A stretch of DNA of 64,000 nt from Bryobacterales bacterium (GCA_965219585.1 CBDCOA010000003.1:4898625-4962624), one strand, 5' to 3'. Shown: positions 39,352-50,109, counted from the stretch's first letter. Numbers and translations: made by a program. The notes: a model not told the origin generated them from the letters alone.

Positions 39352-39635
39352 GCCCGTACGAAGTCATTATCAGCCCGCACATCACGGAGAAGGCCGAGAT
39401 GGCTCGCGTCCAGGACGAGACGCTCTGCTTCCGCGTGAATCCGAAGGCCACCAAGACGGACGTCAAGCACGCGGTGCGTGCGATCTTCAAGGTCGAGGTC
39501 GATTCCGTCCGCACGGCGAGATATATGGGCAAGATGCGCCGGCAGGGGCGCTTCCAGGGGCGCCGCCCGGCTTGGAAGAAGGCCTACGTGAAGCTGAAGC
39601 CGGGCCAGAAGCCGGTGGAGTACACGCAGGTGTAG
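39348..39635 (+). CDS. rplW: 50S ribosomal protein L23
   Basis: ATG 39348 overlaps the rplD stop (ATGA). Sequence [18 protein letters not shown]...F.V...ATKT.VK.AV...F.V.V.SV.T. Confidence 0.95.
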   Translation: MSPYEVIISPHITEKAEMARVQDETLCFRVNPKATKTDVKHAVRAIFKVEVDSVRTARYMGKMRRQGRFQGRRPAWKKAYVKLKPGQKPVEYTQV

Positions 39636-39648
39636 GGGGCTGGAGTCG

Positions 39649-40485
39649 ATGCCGATCAAGACGTACAGGCCGAGGACGCCCACGCGGCGTTTCCAGACCA
39701 CCACGACGCGGGAAGAGCTCACCCGCGACCGGCCCGAGAAGTCCCTGACCAAGGGCAAGGTCAAGCACGGCGGCCGCAACAACCGCGGCCGCATCTGCAT
39801 CCGCTTCCGCGGTGGCGGCAACAAGCGCCGCTATCGCGAGATCGACTTCAAGCGGCAGAAGCATGGCATTCCGGCCAAGGTCGCCGAGGTCGAGTACGAT
39901 CCGAACCGGTCGGCCAACATCGCCCTGCTGCACTACGTGGACGGCGAGAAGCGCTACATCCTGCAGCCGGTCGGGCTCAAGCCGGGCATGCAGGTCGAAT
40001 CCGGCGAGAACGCCGACATCTTGGTGGGCAACGCGCTGCCGTTGCGGCGCATCCCGCCCGGCACGCTCGTGCACAACGTCGAGCTCAAGCCCGGCAAGGG
40101 CGGGCAGATGGCCCGTGCCGCCGGGTCCGAGATCCGCCTGATCTCGCGCGAGTCGGGCCACGCCCTGCTGCGCCTGCCGTCCGGAGAGGTGCGCCGCGTG
40201 CTCGAGGACTGCATGGCGACCATCGGCCGGGTCGGCAACGTCGATCACGGCAACGTCTCGCTGGGCAAGGCGGGCCGCAAGCGCTGGCTCGGCAGGCGCC
40301 CGCACAATCGCGGCGTGACGATGAACCCGGTCGACCACCCGCACGGCGGCGGCGAGGGGCGCACTTCCGGCGGGCGCCACCCGGTCACGCCGTGGGGCAA
40401 GCCGACGCGCGGCTACAAGACGCGCAGCAATCCGCGCACCGACCGCTACATCGTGTCCCGGCGCGGGAGCAAGAAGAAGGGCTAG
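39649..40485 (+). CDS. rplB: 50S ribosomal protein L2
   Basis: 278 aa. Sequence [15 protein letters not shown]...GGRNN.GRI..R.RGGG.KR.YR.IDFKR. Confidence 0.97.
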   Translation: MPIKTYRPRTPTRRFQTTTTREELTRDRPEKSLTKGKVKHGGRNNRGRICIRFRGGGNKRRYREIDFKRQKHGIPAKVAEVEYDPNRSANIALLHYVDGEKRYILQPVGLKPGMQVESGENADILVGNALPLRRIPPGTLVHNVELKPGKGGQMARAAGSEIRLISRESGHALLRLPSGEVRRVLEDCMATIGRVGNVDHGNVSLGKAGRKRWLGRRPHNRGVTMNPVDHPHGGGEGRTSGGRHPVTPWGKPTRGYKTRSNPRTDRYIVSRRGSKKKG

Positions 40486-40496
40486 GGGGCATCCAG

Positions 40497-40778
40497 ATGG
40501 GTCGTTCATTGAAAAAGGGGCCGTTCTACGACGAGCACCTTCACAAGAAGGTGGAGGCCCTGAACAACTCTGGCGAGAAGCGCGTCATCAAGACTTGGTC
40601 GCGCCGCTCCACGGTGCTGCCCGAGTGGGTCAGCCACACCATCGCCGTGCACAACGGGCGCAAGTTCATCCCGGTGTTCATCACCGAGAACATGGTCGGG
40701 CACAAGCTGGGCGAGTTTGCCATGACGCGCACGTTCCGCGGGCATGCCGGCAGCGCGAAGTCCGGGCGTGGAGGGTAG
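40497..40778 (+). CDS. rpsS: 30S ribosomal protein S19
   Basis: ATG 40497. Sequence [19 protein letters not shown]...[26 protein letters not shown]. Confidence 0.96.
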   Translation: MGRSLKKGPFYDEHLHKKVEALNNSGEKRVIKTWSRRSTVLPEWVSHTIAVHNGRKFIPVFITENMVGHKLGEFAMTRTFRGHAGSAKSGRGG

Positions 40779-40782
40779 CCGG

Positions 40783-41145
40783 ATGGATGCTGTCGCGAAA
40801 TGGAACTATGTCCGGGTCTCGCCTCAGAAGGCGCGATTGGTGGCCGACCTGGTGCGCGGTTTGGATGCCGAGGAGGCGGTGGACGTGCTGCACCGCACCA
40901 ACAAGCGCGCGGCCGGGCAGATTCTCAAGGTGCTGCAGTCGGCGGTCGCCAACGCCGAGGACCTCGGCGGCGAGGTCGAGGAGCTGCGGATCAAGTCGAT
41001 CGTGGTCAACGAGGGGCCGCGCATGAAGCGCATGCGCGCCTCCGCCCGCGGCCGCCCGGCGCCATACGTGCACCGGCTGGCGCACATCGTGGTGACGGTC
41101 ACCGATGATGGCGCCGGAGAGCAAGAGGAGTCCCAGGCAGCCTAG
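40783..41145 (+). CDS. rplV: 50S ribosomal protein L22
   Basis: ATG 40783. Sequence MDAVAKWNYVRVSPQKARLVADLVRG..AEEA..VL. Confidence 0.95.
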   Translation: MDAVAKWNYVRVSPQKARLVADLVRGLDAEEAVDVLHRTNKRAAGQILKVLQSAVANAEDLGGEVEELRIKSIVVNEGPRMKRMRASARGRPAPYVHRLAHIVVTVTDDGAGEQEESQAA

Positions 41146-41175
41146 GCTGCGGGAGATTGCCGCGAAGGAGACGTG

Positions 41176-42054
41176 ATGGGCCAGAAAGTTCACCCCTACG
41201 GATTCCGCCTGGGCTACACCAAGGTCTGGCGGTCGCGCTGGTACGCCCAGAAGGGCTATGCCGACTTGGTCAACGAGGACATCGAGCTCAAGGCCATGCT
41301 GCGCAAGCGCCTCAAGGCCGCCGGCATCAGCTCGATCGAGCTGGACCGCCCGGGCAATCGGCTGCGCATCGCGATCCGGGCGGCGCGCCCGGGCATCATC
41401 ATCGGCAAGAAGGGCTCCGAGATCGAGAAGCTCAAGGCCGAGCTGCAGCAGAAGACCAAGCGGGACATCTACATCGACATCCAGGAGGTCCACCGGCCCG
41501 AGCTGGACGCGCAGCTGGTGGCCGAGTCGGTGGCCGTGCAGATCGAGAAGCGCGTCAGCTTCCGGCGCGCCATGCGCAAGTCGGTCGAGTTCGCCCAGCG
41601 CTTCGGCTGCAAGGGCATCAAGATCTGGGTGGCGGGCAGGCTGAACGGCAAGATGATCGCCCGCAGCGAGTGGCACTTGCACGGGCGGCTCCCGCTGCAG
41701 ACGCTGCGGGCCGACATCGACTACGGCTTCAGCGAGGCCAACACCACCTACGGCGTGCTGGGCGTGAAATGCTGGATCTACAAGGGCGAGATCATCGACC
41801 CGCGCGGGGCGGCCGTGCGCAAGACCGGCCGCGAGGATCCGGAGCCGGCCCGGCGGCGCGAGGCGCGCAGCCAGGCCGAGCAGGAGCGCGAGCGGCTGCG
41901 CCGCCCGACGGTCGCGGCTGCGGAGGAAACCGCCGAGACCGCCGCGCCGGTCGCGGCGCCTCCGGAAGCGCCGGTTTCGCCGCCCGCGGAGTCTGCCTTC
42001 CAGCCGCCGATGGCGGACACTGCCGGCGCCGACGCCAGCGAAGGGGAGGAATAG
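41176..42054 (+). CDS. rpsC: 30S ribosomal protein S3 with ~75-aa Ala/Glu/Pro/Arg-rich C-terminal extension
   Basis: ATG 41176 lies 5 nt after GAAGGAG (the ORF track starts at GTG 41173). Sequence [24 protein letters not shown]. Confidence 0.95.
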   Translation: MGQKVHPYGFRLGYTKVWRSRWYAQKGYADLVNEDIELKAMLRKRLKAAGISSIELDRPGNRLRIAIRAARPGIIIGKKGSEIEKLKAELQQKTKRDIYIDIQEVHRPELDAQLVAESVAVQIEKRVSFRRAMRKSVEFAQRFGCKGIKIWVAGRLNGKMIARSEWHLHGRLPLQTLRADIDYGFSEANTTYGVLGVKCWIYKGEIIDPRGAAVRKTGREDPEPARRREARSQAEQERERLRRPTVAAAEETAETAAPVAAPPEAPVSPPAESAFQPPMADTAGADASEGEE

Positions 42055-42058
42055 CGCC

Positions 42059-42481
42059 GTGTTGATGCCCAAGAAGACGCGCTATCGCAAGATGCACCGC
42101 GGCAACCGCCGCGGCAAGGCGTGGCGCGGTTCCGGCCTGGACTTTGGCGACTACGGGCTCAAGGCGCTCGAGGCGGCTTGGATCACCGACCGCCAGATCG
42201 AGGCCGCCCGCATCGCCATCAGCCGCCGAGTCAAGCGCGGCGGCAAGCTGTGGATTCGGATTTTCCCCGACAAGTCGATCACCAAGAAGCCCGCCGAGAC
42301 CCGCATGGGCAAGGGCAAGGGGGCTCCCGAGCAGTGGGTCGCGGTGGTCAAGCCCGGGCGCATGATGTTCGAGATCGAGGGCGTCGACGAAAGCGTGGCG
42401 CGCCGCGCCATGCAGCTGGCCGCGCAGAAGCTGCCGATCCCGGTCAAGTTTGTCAGCCGGTTCAGCGGAGAGTTGCTATGA
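42059..42481 (+). CDS. rplP: 50S ribosomal protein L16
   Basis: GTG start giving [21 protein letters not shown]....FG.YGLKA. Confidence 0.95.
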   Translation: MLMPKKTRYRKMHRGNRRGKAWRGSGLDFGDYGLKALEAAWITDRQIEAARIAISRRVKRGGKLWIRIFPDKSITKKPAETRMGKGKGAPEQWVAVVKPGRMMFEIEGVDESVARRAMQLAAQKLPIPVKFVSRFSGELL

Positions 42482-42696
42482 GGGCCAGCGAATATCGCGA
42501 TCTGACTCTCGCCGAGCTCCAGCAAAGGGAGTCCGAGGCGCGGGAGCAGCTGTTCAGGCTGCGTTTCCAAATTTCGATGGGCCAGGCCGAGGGCGTGCGC
42601 AAGTACCGCGCCACCCGCAAGGACCTCGCTCGCATCCTCACGGTGGCGGGCGAGAAGCGGCGGGCCGCGGCGGCAGCGGAGGACACCGATGCCTGA
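42478..42696 (+). CDS. rpmC: 50S ribosomal protein L29
   Basis: ATG 42478 overlaps the rplP stop (ATGA). Sequence [31 protein letters not shown]. Confidence 0.92.
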   Translation: MRASEYRDLTLAELQQRESEAREQLFRLRFQISMGQAEGVRKYRATRKDLARILTVAGEKRRAAAAAEDTDA

Positions 42697-42994
42697 GCAG
42701 GGCTACAAGAACCGCAAGGTCGGCGTGGTGGTCTCCACCAAGGCCGCGAAGACAATCGTCGTGGAGGTCAGCCGGCGCGTGCAGCACTCGCTGTACCGCC
42801 GCTACATCACGCGCAAGAAGAAGTTCATGGCGCACGACGAGCACGAGACGGCCAAGATGGGCGACCGGGTCCGCATTGTCGAGTGCCGCCCGCTGTCGAA
42901 GCGCAAGCGCTGGCGGCTCGAGGAAGTCGTGCTGAAGGCGCCCCAGGTTGAGATCAAGGTCCGCCGCCCGCAGCGGGAGGCGGCAGCCCGCTAG
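42689..42994 (+). CDS. rpsQ: 30S ribosomal protein S17
   Basis: 101 aa. Sequence [39 protein letters not shown]....K.GD.V.I.ECRPLSK.KRW.L. Confidence 0.95.
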   Translation: MPEQGYKNRKVGVVVSTKAAKTIVVEVSRRVQHSLYRRYITRKKKFMAHDEHETAKMGDRVRIVECRPLSKRKRWRLEEVVLKAPQVEIKVRRPQREAAAR

Positions 42995-43020
42995 GCCGGG
43001 GCCGACAGGAGGCAGACAGC

Positions 43021-43389
43021 ATGATCGGAATGCAGACTAGGCTGGTGGTGGCCGACAATTCGGGCGCCCGGCGCCTGATGTGCATCCTGCCCCGCGGCGG
43101 GTCGACCGGCCGCCAGGCCGGGCTGGGCGATGTTGTCATGGCGTCCGTGAAGGAGGCCGTGCCGGACTCGAACGTCAAGAAGGGCTCGGTCGTGCGGGCG
43201 GTCGTGGTGCGCATGCGCAAGGAGACGCGGCGCAAGGACGGCACGTACATCCGCTTCGACGAGAACGCGGCGGTGCTGGTCAACGAGCTGGGCGAGCCGG
43301 TGGGCACGCGCGTGTTCGGGCCGGTGGCGCGCGAGTTGCGCGACAAGCGTTTCATGAAGATCGTCTCGCTCGCGCCGGAGGTGCTCTGA
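43021..43389 (+). CDS. rplN: 50S ribosomal protein L14
   Basis: 122 aa. Sequence [22 protein letters not shown]. Confidence 0.97.
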   Translation: MIGMQTRLVVADNSGARRLMCILPRGGSTGRQAGLGDVVMASVKEAVPDSNVKKGSVVRAVVVRMRKETRRKDGTYIRFDENAAVLVNELGEPVGTRVFGPVARELRDKRFMKIVSLAPEVL

Positions 43390-43658
43390 TGCCGAAGATG
43401 CGCCGACACCGCAAGCCCCTGGTCATGCACAAGACCAAGGTCAAGAGGAACGACACCGTTGAGGTGCTGACGGGCCGCAGCAAGGGCTTGCGCGGCCGCG
43501 TGCTGCAAGTGGACCGCAAGCGGGGCCAGTTGTTGGTGGAAGGGGCCAACATGGTCAAGAAGCACGTCCGCCCCAATCCGCAGAAGCAGGTCAAGGGCGG
43601 CATTGCGGAGCGCGAATCGATGATGGATCTGTCGAACGTAAGGGTGGTGACCGAGTGA
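43389..43658 (+). CDS. rplX: 50S ribosomal protein L24
   Basis: ATG 43389 overlaps the rplN stop by 1 nt. Contains the KOW segment [25 protein letters not shown]. Alternative start at ATG 43398. Confidence 0.9.
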   Translation: MPKMRRHRKPLVMHKTKVKRNDTVEVLTGRSKGLRGRVLQVDRKRGQLLVEGANMVKKHVRPNPQKQVKGGIAERESMMDLSNVRVVTE

Positions 43659-44278
43659 TGGCCGGGCCGCGACTGAAAGACAAGTATTCCGAATCGGTGG
43701 CGCCGGCGCTCCGCGAGGAGTTCGGCTACAGCTCACCGATGGCGATTCCCAGGCTGGTCGCCATCAAGCTCAACGTCGGCATCGGCAAGATCATCTTGCA
43801 GAAGCAGGACAGCGGCCAGAAGAAGAAGGCTGCCAAGGCCGCCGATGCCCAGTCCGGCCGCCGCGTGCCGGTCAACCAGCGCGTGGTCGACAGCACGGTC
43901 AAGGAGCTGGCGGCGATCTCGGGCCAGAAGCCCGTCGTGACGCTGGCCAAGCGCCCGATCGCGGGGTTCAACCTGCGCGCCGGGGTGCCGGTGGGCTGCA
44001 CCGTGACCTTGCGCGGGACGCGGATGTGGGAATTCTTGGACCGCTTGATCGCGGTCTCGCTGCCGCGCGTGCGCGACTTCCAAGGCGTCTCGCCGAAGCT
44101 CGACGGACGCGGCAACTACACCCTGGGGATTCAGGAGCACACGATCTTCCCGGAGATCGACTACACCAAGGTCGAAGTGATGAAGGGCATGAACGTAACC
44201 ATGATTACGACTGCTCGCACCGACCGCGAGGGCCACATGCTGCTCAGGCTGCTGGGCATGCCGTTCCGCGCCGAGTAG
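43658..44278 (+). CDS. rplE: 50S ribosomal protein L5 (with ~26-aa Lys/Ala-rich internal insertion)
   Basis: ATG 43658 overlaps the rplX stop (the ORF track starts at GTG 43655). Sequence ...[47 protein letters not shown]...LPRVRDFQG. Confidence 0.95.
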   Translation: MAGPRLKDKYSESVAPALREEFGYSSPMAIPRLVAIKLNVGIGKIILQKQDSGQKKKAAKAADAQSGRRVPVNQRVVDSTVKELAAISGQKPVVTLAKRPIAGFNLRAGVPVGCTVTLRGTRMWEFLDRLIAVSLPRVRDFQGVSPKLDGRGNYTLGIQEHTIFPEIDYTKVEVMKGMNVTMITTARTDREGHMLLRLLGMPFRAE

Positions 44279-44303
44279 GGCGGCGAGGAAGGCGAGGAGA
44301 ATC

Positions 44304-44489
44304 ATGGCAACGAAGGCCAAGATAGCGCGCGAGCGCAAGAACCTGAAATTCAAGGTGCGCTACCGCAACCGCTGCCGGCGCTGCGGGCGCCCGCGCGGCT
44401 ACATGCGCAAGTTCGAGCTGTGCCGCATCTGTTTCCGCGAACTGGCGCTGAGCGGCGAACTGCCGGGCGTGGTCAAGAGCAGCTGGTAG
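44304..44489 (+). CDS. rpsN: 30S ribosomal protein S14, type Z (zinc-binding, 61 aa)
   Basis: Sequence [46 protein letters not shown]...[11 protein letters not shown]. Two CxxC pairs. Confidence 0.96.
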   Translation: MATKAKIARERKNLKFKVRYRNRCRRCGRPRGYMRKFELCRICFRELALSGELPGVVKSSW

Positions 44490-44497
44490 GAGGCGAG

Positions 44498-44893
44498 ATG
44501 CACAGCGATCCGATCGCCGACATGCTGACGCGCATCCGCAACGGCATGGCGGCCAAGCACCACAAGGTGGAGATCCCGGGCTCGAAGGTCAAGATCGAGC
44601 TGGCCCGGATTCTGAAGGAAGAGGGCTATGTCGCCAACTACCGCGTGGCGACCGACAACAACAAGAAGACCCTGAAGGTGTATCTCAAGTACCGCCCGGA
44701 CAACCAGCCGGTGATCACGCGCCTGACGCGCATCTCGAAGCCGAGCCGCCGGGTGTACGTCGACGCCCAGCATATCCCGCGGGTGATCGGCGGCATGGGT
44801 GTCAGCGTGCTGACGACGTCCAAGGGCGTGATGACGGGCCGGCAGGCCAAGGGCCTGGGCATCGGCGGCGAGGTGCTGTGCACGGTCTACTGA
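44498..44893 (+). CDS. rpsH: 30S ribosomal protein S8
   Basis: ATG 44498. Sequence MHSDPIADMLTRIRNG.AAKH..V.IP.SK.K.E.ARILKEEGY. Confidence 0.96.
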   Translation: MHSDPIADMLTRIRNGMAAKHHKVEIPGSKVKIELARILKEEGYVANYRVATDNNKKTLKVYLKYRPDNQPVITRLTRISKPSRRVYVDAQHIPRVIGGMGVSVLTTSKGVMTGRQAKGLGIGGEVLCTVY

Positions 44894-44921
44894 GAATCGT
44901 GGCCGCTGTGGGAGAGAGACG

Positions 44922-45455
44922 ATGTCGAGAATTGGGAAGTTGCCGATCGCGGTGCCGGACGGCGTCAAGATCGGAATCGAGCCGGGTCGCTTGAACGTGA
45001 CGGGCCCCAAGGGCGAGCTTAGCGTTCCCGTTCCTGACGGCGTGGCCGCGGAGCTCGAAGAGAGCACCCTGCGCATCACCTGCGCGGATGCTTCGAACGG
45101 GGCCATGCAGGGGCTGACCCGTGCGCTGGCGAGCAACTCCGTGCAAGGCGTGACCCAGGGCTTCAAGAAGCGCCTGGAGATTGTCGGCGTCGGCTACCGG
45201 GCCCAGAAGCTGGGGCGCGTGCTGAGCTTGCAGCTGGGCTACTCGCACCCGATCGAGGTGCTGCTGCCCGATGGCGTGGAGGCCAGCATCGAGGGCAACA
45301 CGAAGATCGAGCTGTCCGGGATCGACAAGCAGGTGGTGGGCCAGGTGGCGGCCTCGATCCGCTCGCTGCGCAAGCCCGACCCGTACAAGCAGAAGGGCGT
45401 GCGGTACGAGGGCGAGCGCCTGCGCAGCAAGGAAGGCAAGAGCGGCGCCGCATAG
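44922..45455 (+). CDS. rplF: 50S ribosomal protein L6
   Basis: 177 aa. Sequence MSRIGKLPIAVPDGVK. Confidence 0.96.
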   Translation: MSRIGKLPIAVPDGVKIGIEPGRLNVTGPKGELSVPVPDGVAAELEESTLRITCADASNGAMQGLTRALASNSVQGVTQGFKKRLEIVGVGYRAQKLGRVLSLQLGYSHPIEVLLPDGVEASIEGNTKIELSGIDKQVVGQVAASIRSLRKPDPYKQKGVRYEGERLRSKEGKSGAA

Positions 45456-45482
45456 GCGGCCGATTGACGGAGCGAAGCAGAG

Positions 45483-45923
45483 ATGGTTTCCCAGGTTAAC
45501 CGGAGTGCTCGGCGGCGGCGGGTGCATGCCCGCATCCGCAAGCGGTTGCGCGGCACCGCCGCGCGCCCGCGGCTGGCCGTGTTCCGCTCGCTGCGGCACA
45601 TCTACGCGCAGGTCATCGACGACGACGCCCAGCACACCTTGGCGACGGCGTCCACGGTCGGCGCCGATTTCAGCGATTATGGCGGAAACGTGGCCGCCGC
45701 CACCAAGGTCGGCGAGATGATCGCCGAACGCTCGCGCGAGGCCGGGATCGAGCAGTTGGTGTTCGACCGCGGCGGGCACAATTTCAAGGGCCGCGTCCGG
45801 GCCGTGGCCGAGGCCGTGCAGCGGGCCGGCTTGCTGCCGCCCACGCGCGAACGCCGGACGGGCGATGAGCCCGCCGCGGCGGGCCAGGGCGGCCAGTCCG
45901 GCAAGGGTCGCAAGGCCAAGTAG
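45483..45923 (+). CDS. rplR: 50S ribosomal protein L18 (C-terminal extension)
   Basis: 146 aa. Sequence [37 protein letters not shown]...VFDRGGH.F.GRV.A.AEA. Confidence 0.95.
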   Translation: MVSQVNRSARRRRVHARIRKRLRGTAARPRLAVFRSLRHIYAQVIDDDAQHTLATASTVGADFSDYGGNVAAATKVGEMIAERSREAGIEQLVFDRGGHNFKGRVRAVAEAVQRAGLLPPTRERRTGDEPAAAGQGGQSGKGRKAK

Positions 45924-45949
45924 GCCGGACCGGGAGAGGGCAGGGATCA

Positions 45950-46468
45950 ATGGAACCGAAACAGAACATTGAGCACGCCGAGCTTCAGCTCACCGACGAG
46001 GTGGTGGAGATCAATCGCGTTACCAAGGTCGTCAAGGGCGGCAAGAACCTGAGCTTTTCCGCGCTCGTGGTGGTGGGCGACCCCGAGAAGCATGTCGTGG
46101 GCTTTGCCAAGGGCAAGGCCAAGGAGGTGCCTTCGGCGATCCGCAAGGCGATCGAGAAGGCGAAGAAGAATCTGATCCAGGTGAACGTGCAGGGCCCGAC
46201 GATCCCGCACGAGGTGCTGGGAGTGTACGGAGCGGGCCGGGTCCTGCTCAAGCCGGCCCGCGAGGGCAAGGGCAAGATCGCCGGCGGCGCGGTGCGCAAG
46301 GTGGTCGAGGCCGCGGGCATCCAGAACGTGCTGACCAAGTGCATCGGCTCGCGCAACCCGCACAACGTGATCAAGGCGACGTTCGACGGCCTGCAGCAGC
46401 TGCGCCACCACGAAGAGATCGCGCGGCTGCGCGGCAAGAGCGTCAGCGAGATCCGGGGCGGTGTGTGA
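45950..46468 (+). CDS. rpsE: 30S ribosomal protein S5
   Basis: 172 aa. Sequence [27 protein letters not shown]...[15 protein letters not shown]. Confidence 0.96.
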   Translation: MEPKQNIEHAELQLTDEVVEINRVTKVVKGGKNLSFSALVVVGDPEKHVVGFAKGKAKEVPSAIRKAIEKAKKNLIQVNVQGPTIPHEVLGVYGAGRVLLKPAREGKGKIAGGAVRKVVEAAGIQNVLTKCIGSRNPHNVIKATFDGLQQLRHHEEIARLRGKSVSEIRGGV

Positions 46469-46647
46469 TGGCTGACATGATCAAGATCCGGCTCAAGCGG
46501 AGCACGATCGGCGTTCCGGGCAAGCTCAAGCGGGTGGTTCGCGGCCTCGGGCTGCGCAAGATCGGCCAGGTGGTGGAGCGGCCCGAGGGCCCGGCCACGC
46601 GCGGCATGGTCGCGAAGGTTCCGCACCTGGTGGAAGTCATCGACTAG
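46468..46647 (+). CDS. rpmD: 50S ribosomal protein L30
   Basis: ATG 46468 overlaps the rpsE stop by 1 nt. Sequence [37 protein letters not shown]. Confidence 0.92.
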   Translation: MADMIKIRLKRSTIGVPGKLKRVVRGLGLRKIGQVVERPEGPATRGMVAKVPHLVEVID

Positions 46648-46659
46648 GCGGTAACAGCG

Positions 46660-47121
46660 ATGAAACTCAGCGAACTTCGTCCAGCCCCGGGAGCGCGCCG
46701 GCCGCGCAAGCGCCGCGGCCGCGGTCCGGGATCGGGCCTGGGAGTCACGGCGGGGCGCGGCCAGAAGGGCCAGCGCTCCCGCTCGGGCTACAGCGGAAAG
46801 CGCGGCTTCGAGGGCGGCCAGATGCCGCTCGTGCGGCGCGTGCCCAAGCGTGGCTTCAAGAATCCGAACCGCAAGGTATACGCCGTGCTGAACGTGCAGC
46901 GTTTCGAGGAATTGGCCGGGGACGAGTTTACGCCGGACAGCTTGCTCGCCGCCGGCACGGTCAGCAGGCTGCGTGACGGCCTCAAGATCCTGGGCAACGG
47001 GGAGATCAGCCGGCCGATCACGGTGACGGCGCACAAGTTCTCGACCGTGGCGCGCGAGAAGATCGAGAAGGCGGGCGGAACGGCTCTGCTGGTCGGAGCG
47101 GAGGCGCAAGCGCAATCATGA
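46660..47121 (+). CDS. rplO: 50S ribosomal protein L15
   Basis: 153 aa. Sequence [35 protein letters not shown]. Confidence 0.96.
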   Translation: MKLSELRPAPGARRPRKRRGRGPGSGLGVTAGRGQKGQRSRSGYSGKRGFEGGQMPLVRRVPKRGFKNPNRKVYAVLNVQRFEELAGDEFTPDSLLAAGTVSRLRDGLKILGNGEISRPITVTAHKFSTVAREKIEKAGGTALLVGAEAQAQS

Positions 47122-48503
47122 AGTGGCTCGAAGCCTGCGTGAACGTGTTTCGCGTCCCGGACCTGCGCACTCGGCTCCTGTTCACGCTGTCGATGCTGGC
47201 GGTCTACCGCGTGGGCGGGCACATCCCCACGCCCGGCGTGAATACCGAGGAGCTGCAGCGCATCTTCGAGGCCGCGCGCGGCACGGCCCTGGGCTTCCTG
47301 GACCTGTTCTCCGGAGGGCAGCTCAGCCAGCTGACCATCTTCGCCCTGGGCATCATGCCGTACATCACGGCATCGATCATCTTGCAGCTGCTGACCGTGG
47401 CGGTGCCCACGCTGGAGCGGCTGCAAAAGGAGGGCGAGCTGGGCCGGCGCAAGATCACGCAGTGGACGCGCTATCTGACGATCGGCATCGCCATCGTGCA
47501 GTCGTTCGCGTACGCGCAGCTCGTGGTGCAGCAGGGCCTTGCCTACAACCCCGGCTGGGGCTTCCGCCTGATGACGATCTTGACGCTCACCACCGGTACG
47601 GCATTCATCATGTGGCTGGGCGAGCAGATCACCGAGCGGGGCATCGGCAACGGCATGTCGCTGATCATCTTCGCCGGCATCGTGGTCGGCCTGCCCGGAG
47701 CGACCCAGAACATCTACGAGAACGTCTTCGTGACGGGGCAGTGGAACGTGCTGGCAGCGGTGGTGATCGTGGTCGCGATGGTGCTCGTGGTCGGCTTCAT
47801 CGTGTTCGTCGAGCGCGGCGAGCGCAGGATCCCGGTGCAGTACGCGCGGCGCGTGGTGGGCAGGCGCATGATGGGCGGGCAGTCCACGCACCTGCCGCTG
47901 AAGGTCAACGCCGGGGGGGTGATCCCGGTGATTTTCGCCTCGTCGATCCTGTCGCTGCCGCAGACGCTGACCTTGATGTTCACCGAGAGCCCGTTCCTGT
48001 CGCGCCTGCTGGAATCGGTGCGGCCGGGCGAGCCGCTGTACGAGCTGATCTACGTGGTCGGCATCGTTTTCTTCTGCTTCTTCTATGTTTCGATCATCTT
48101 CAATCCCAACGAGGTGGCCGACAACATGCGCAAGTACGGCGGGTTCATTCCGGGCATCCGCTCCGGCAAGCCCAGCGCCGAGCACATCAACGACATCCTG
48201 ACCAAGCTGACCTTGGTCGGCGGGCTGTACCTGGCCACGATCTCGCTGATACCGGACCTGATGCTCCACGGGGCGAAGATCCACCACTTGCCCCTGATCG
48301 GCAACTGGGCCGACGCGAACATGCCGCGCTGGCTGCTGGACGGGCTGAATGTCAACTTCTACTTCGGCGGCACTTCGCTGCTGATCGTCGTCGGCGTGGC
48401 GATGGACACGGTCAATCAGATCGAGTCGCAACTGCTGATGCGTCACTACGAAGGCTTCACGCCGCGCGCGGGCAGGATCCGGGGGCGCCATTCGCTTGCC
48501 TAG
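47118..48503 (+). CDS. secY: preprotein translocase subunit SecY
   Basis: 461 aa; ATGA overlap with rplO. Sequence [27 protein letters not shown]...[30 protein letters not shown]. Confidence 0.97.
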   Translation: MKWLEACVNVFRVPDLRTRLLFTLSMLAVYRVGGHIPTPGVNTEELQRIFEAARGTALGFLDLFSGGQLSQLTIFALGIMPYITASIILQLLTVAVPTLERLQKEGELGRRKITQWTRYLTIGIAIVQSFAYAQLVVQQGLAYNPGWGFRLMTILTLTTGTAFIMWLGEQITERGIGNGMSLIIFAGIVVGLPGATQNIYENVFVTGQWNVLAAVVIVVAMVLVVGFIVFVERGERRIPVQYARRVVGRRMMGGQSTHLPLKVNAGGVIPVIFASSILSLPQTLTLMFTESPFLSRLLESVRPGEPLYELIYVVGIVFFCFFYVSIIFNPNEVADNMRKYGGFIPGIRSGKPSAEHINDILTKLTLVGGLYLATISLIPDLMLHGAKIHHLPLIGNWADANMPRWLLDGLNVNFYFGGTSLLIVVGVAMDTVNQIESQLLMRHYEGFTPRAGRIRGRHSLA

Positions 48504-48543
48504 CGGCGGTGCGCCCTGTGGGCGCGACGCGGAGAACTTGGCC

Positions 48544-49314
48544 ATGATCGTGCGCAAGAGTCCGATGGAGATCGACCGGATGTACGCCAGCGGGCAGCTC
48601 GTCGGCCGCGTGCTGGCCGCGCTGCGCGCCATGGTGCGCCCGGGCGTGACGACCATGGACTTGGAGGACAAAGCGGTCGCGATGATTCGCGAGGCCGGCG
48701 CCACGGCGGCCTTCAAGGGCTACTACGTGCCGGCGGCGCGCAAGAAGTTCCCGGCGGCCCTGTGCACGTCGGTGAATGACGAGGTCGTGCACGGCATCCC
48801 GTCGCGCAAGCGGGTGTTGCGCGAGGGCGATATCGTCAAGGTTGACTGCGGCGTGCTGCTGGACGGCTACTACGGCGACTCGGCCACGACCATACCGGTC
48901 GGCGCTGTCTCGCCCGAGACGCAGTTCTTGTTGCGGGTCACGGGCGAGGCTCTGGACCTGGCGATCGAGCAAATGGTCGAGGGGCGCCGCCTGCACGATC
49001 TCAGCCGCGCCGTGCAGGGACATGTCGAGAGCGCGGGGTTCTCGATCGTGAAGGAGTTCGTGGGCCACGGCATCGGGCGCCAGTTGCACGAGGACCCGCA
49101 GGTGCCCAACCACGTAGACCCGAAGGTGCCGAACCCGCGCCTGCGGGAGGGCATGGTGCTGGCGATCGAGCCGATGGTTGCCGCGGGCGACGCGCGCACG
49201 CGAATCTTGCGGGATCGCTTCACGGCGGTCACCCGGGACGGTTCCAACGCCGCCCATTTCGAGCACTGCGTGGCCGTCACGGAAAACGGCCCGCGGCTGC
49301 TGACAGCGGTTTGA
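48544..49314 (+). CDS. map: type I methionine aminopeptidase
   Basis: ATG 48544 lies within ORF 48496..49314. Sequence ...CTSVNDEVVHGIP....L.EGDIVKVD.GV..DGYYGDSA.T...G...GHGIGR.LHE.P.V. Confidence 0.93.
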   Translation: MIVRKSPMEIDRMYASGQLVGRVLAALRAMVRPGVTTMDLEDKAVAMIREAGATAAFKGYYVPAARKKFPAALCTSVNDEVVHGIPSRKRVLREGDIVKVDCGVLLDGYYGDSATTIPVGAVSPETQFLLRVTGEALDLAIEQMVEGRRLHDLSRAVQGHVESAGFSIVKEFVGHGIGRQLHEDPQVPNHVDPKVPNPRLREGMVLAIEPMVAAGDARTRILRDRFTAVTRDGSNAAHFEHCVAVTENGPRLLTAV

Positions 49315-49334
49315 AGGATGGAACGCGGGCGAGC

Positions 49335-49580
49335 ATGGGCGCAGGGCGCGGAGCGAGGCGGGGCGGCGGCGAGGCCGCGGAAGTTTCGGGCACGGTCTTG
49401 GAAGAGCTGCCGAGCCTGCTGTACCGCGTGCGGCTTGACGGCGGCCACGTCGTGGCCGCGGCGGCGACCGGACGGCATCGGCTGGATTTCCTCCGGCTGC
49501 TGCCGGGAAGTCGAGTGCGGCTGCGCTTGTCGCCGCAGGACTCGACCAGGGCGAGGATTGTAGGACGGTTGGAGCAATGA
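49335..49580 (+). CDS. infA: translation initiation factor IF-1, unusually divergent
   Basis: Sits at the canonical position between map and rpmJ. The S1-like core [60 protein letters not shown] keeps the IF-1 skeleton. The start is uncertain: ATG 49335 or TTG 49311. Confidence 0.7.
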   Translation: MGAGRGARRGGGEAAEVSGTVLEELPSLLYRVRLDGGHVVAAAATGRHRLDFLRLLPGSRVRLRLSPQDSTRARIVGRLEQ

Positions 49581-49690
49581 AGGTACGGGCATCGGTGAAG
49601 AGGCTTTGCAAGAATTGCAAGATCATCCGGCGGGAGGGCATCCTGCGGGTGATCTGCATCAATCCCAGGCACAAGCAGCGCCAGGGGTGA
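49577..49690 (+). CDS. rpmJ: 50S ribosomal protein L36 (zinc-ribbon form)
   Basis: Not in the ORF track (37 aa). ATG 49577 overlaps the infA stop (ATGA). Translation [37 protein letters not shown], with TGA at 49688-49690. Confidence 0.93.
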   Translation: MKVRASVKRLCKNCKIIRREGILRVICINPRHKQRQG

Positions 49691-49709
49691 GCTGGCTAGG
49701 AGAGCGAAC

Positions 49710-50090
49710 ATGGCGAGACTGGAAGGCGTCGACATTCCCGACAACAAGCGGGCGGAAGTGTCGCTGACATATCTGTACGGCATCGGGTTCACGCGGGCGC
49801 GCTCGCTGCTGCACCGTGCCGGCATCGATTTCGGCAAGCGCATGGGGGACCTGGACGACCGGGAGATCACCGCCCTGCGCAAGCTGCTGGAAGAGGAGCA
49901 GGCGGTCGAGGGCGATCTGCGCAAGGAAGTGCAGCTCAACATCCGGCGCTTGATGGAGATCGGCTGCTACCGCGGCCTGCGCCATCGGCGCGGACTGCCG
50001 GTTCGAGGCCAGCGGACGCACACCAACGCGCGCAGTCGCAAGGGTGCGCGGCGGGGACAGATCGCGAACAAGAAGAAGGCGACCAAGTAG
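49710..50090 (+). CDS. rpsM: 30S ribosomal protein S13
   Basis: 126 aa. Sequence [25 protein letters not shown]. Confidence 0.97.
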   Translation: MARLEGVDIPDNKRAEVSLTYLYGIGFTRARSLLHRAGIDFGKRMGDLDDREITALRKLLEEEQAVEGDLRKEVQLNIRRLMEIGCYRGLRHRRGLPVRGQRTHTNARSRKGARRGQIANKKKATK

Positions 50091-50109
50091 GCGCTAGGAG
50101 AGTGGACTG

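Noticed and set aside
47118-49314. Absence of adk between secY and map as a deletion or rearrangement
   Set aside because: Many lineages encode adk elsewhere. secY and map are 40 bp apart with no remnant sequence, so this is ordinary lineage variation.
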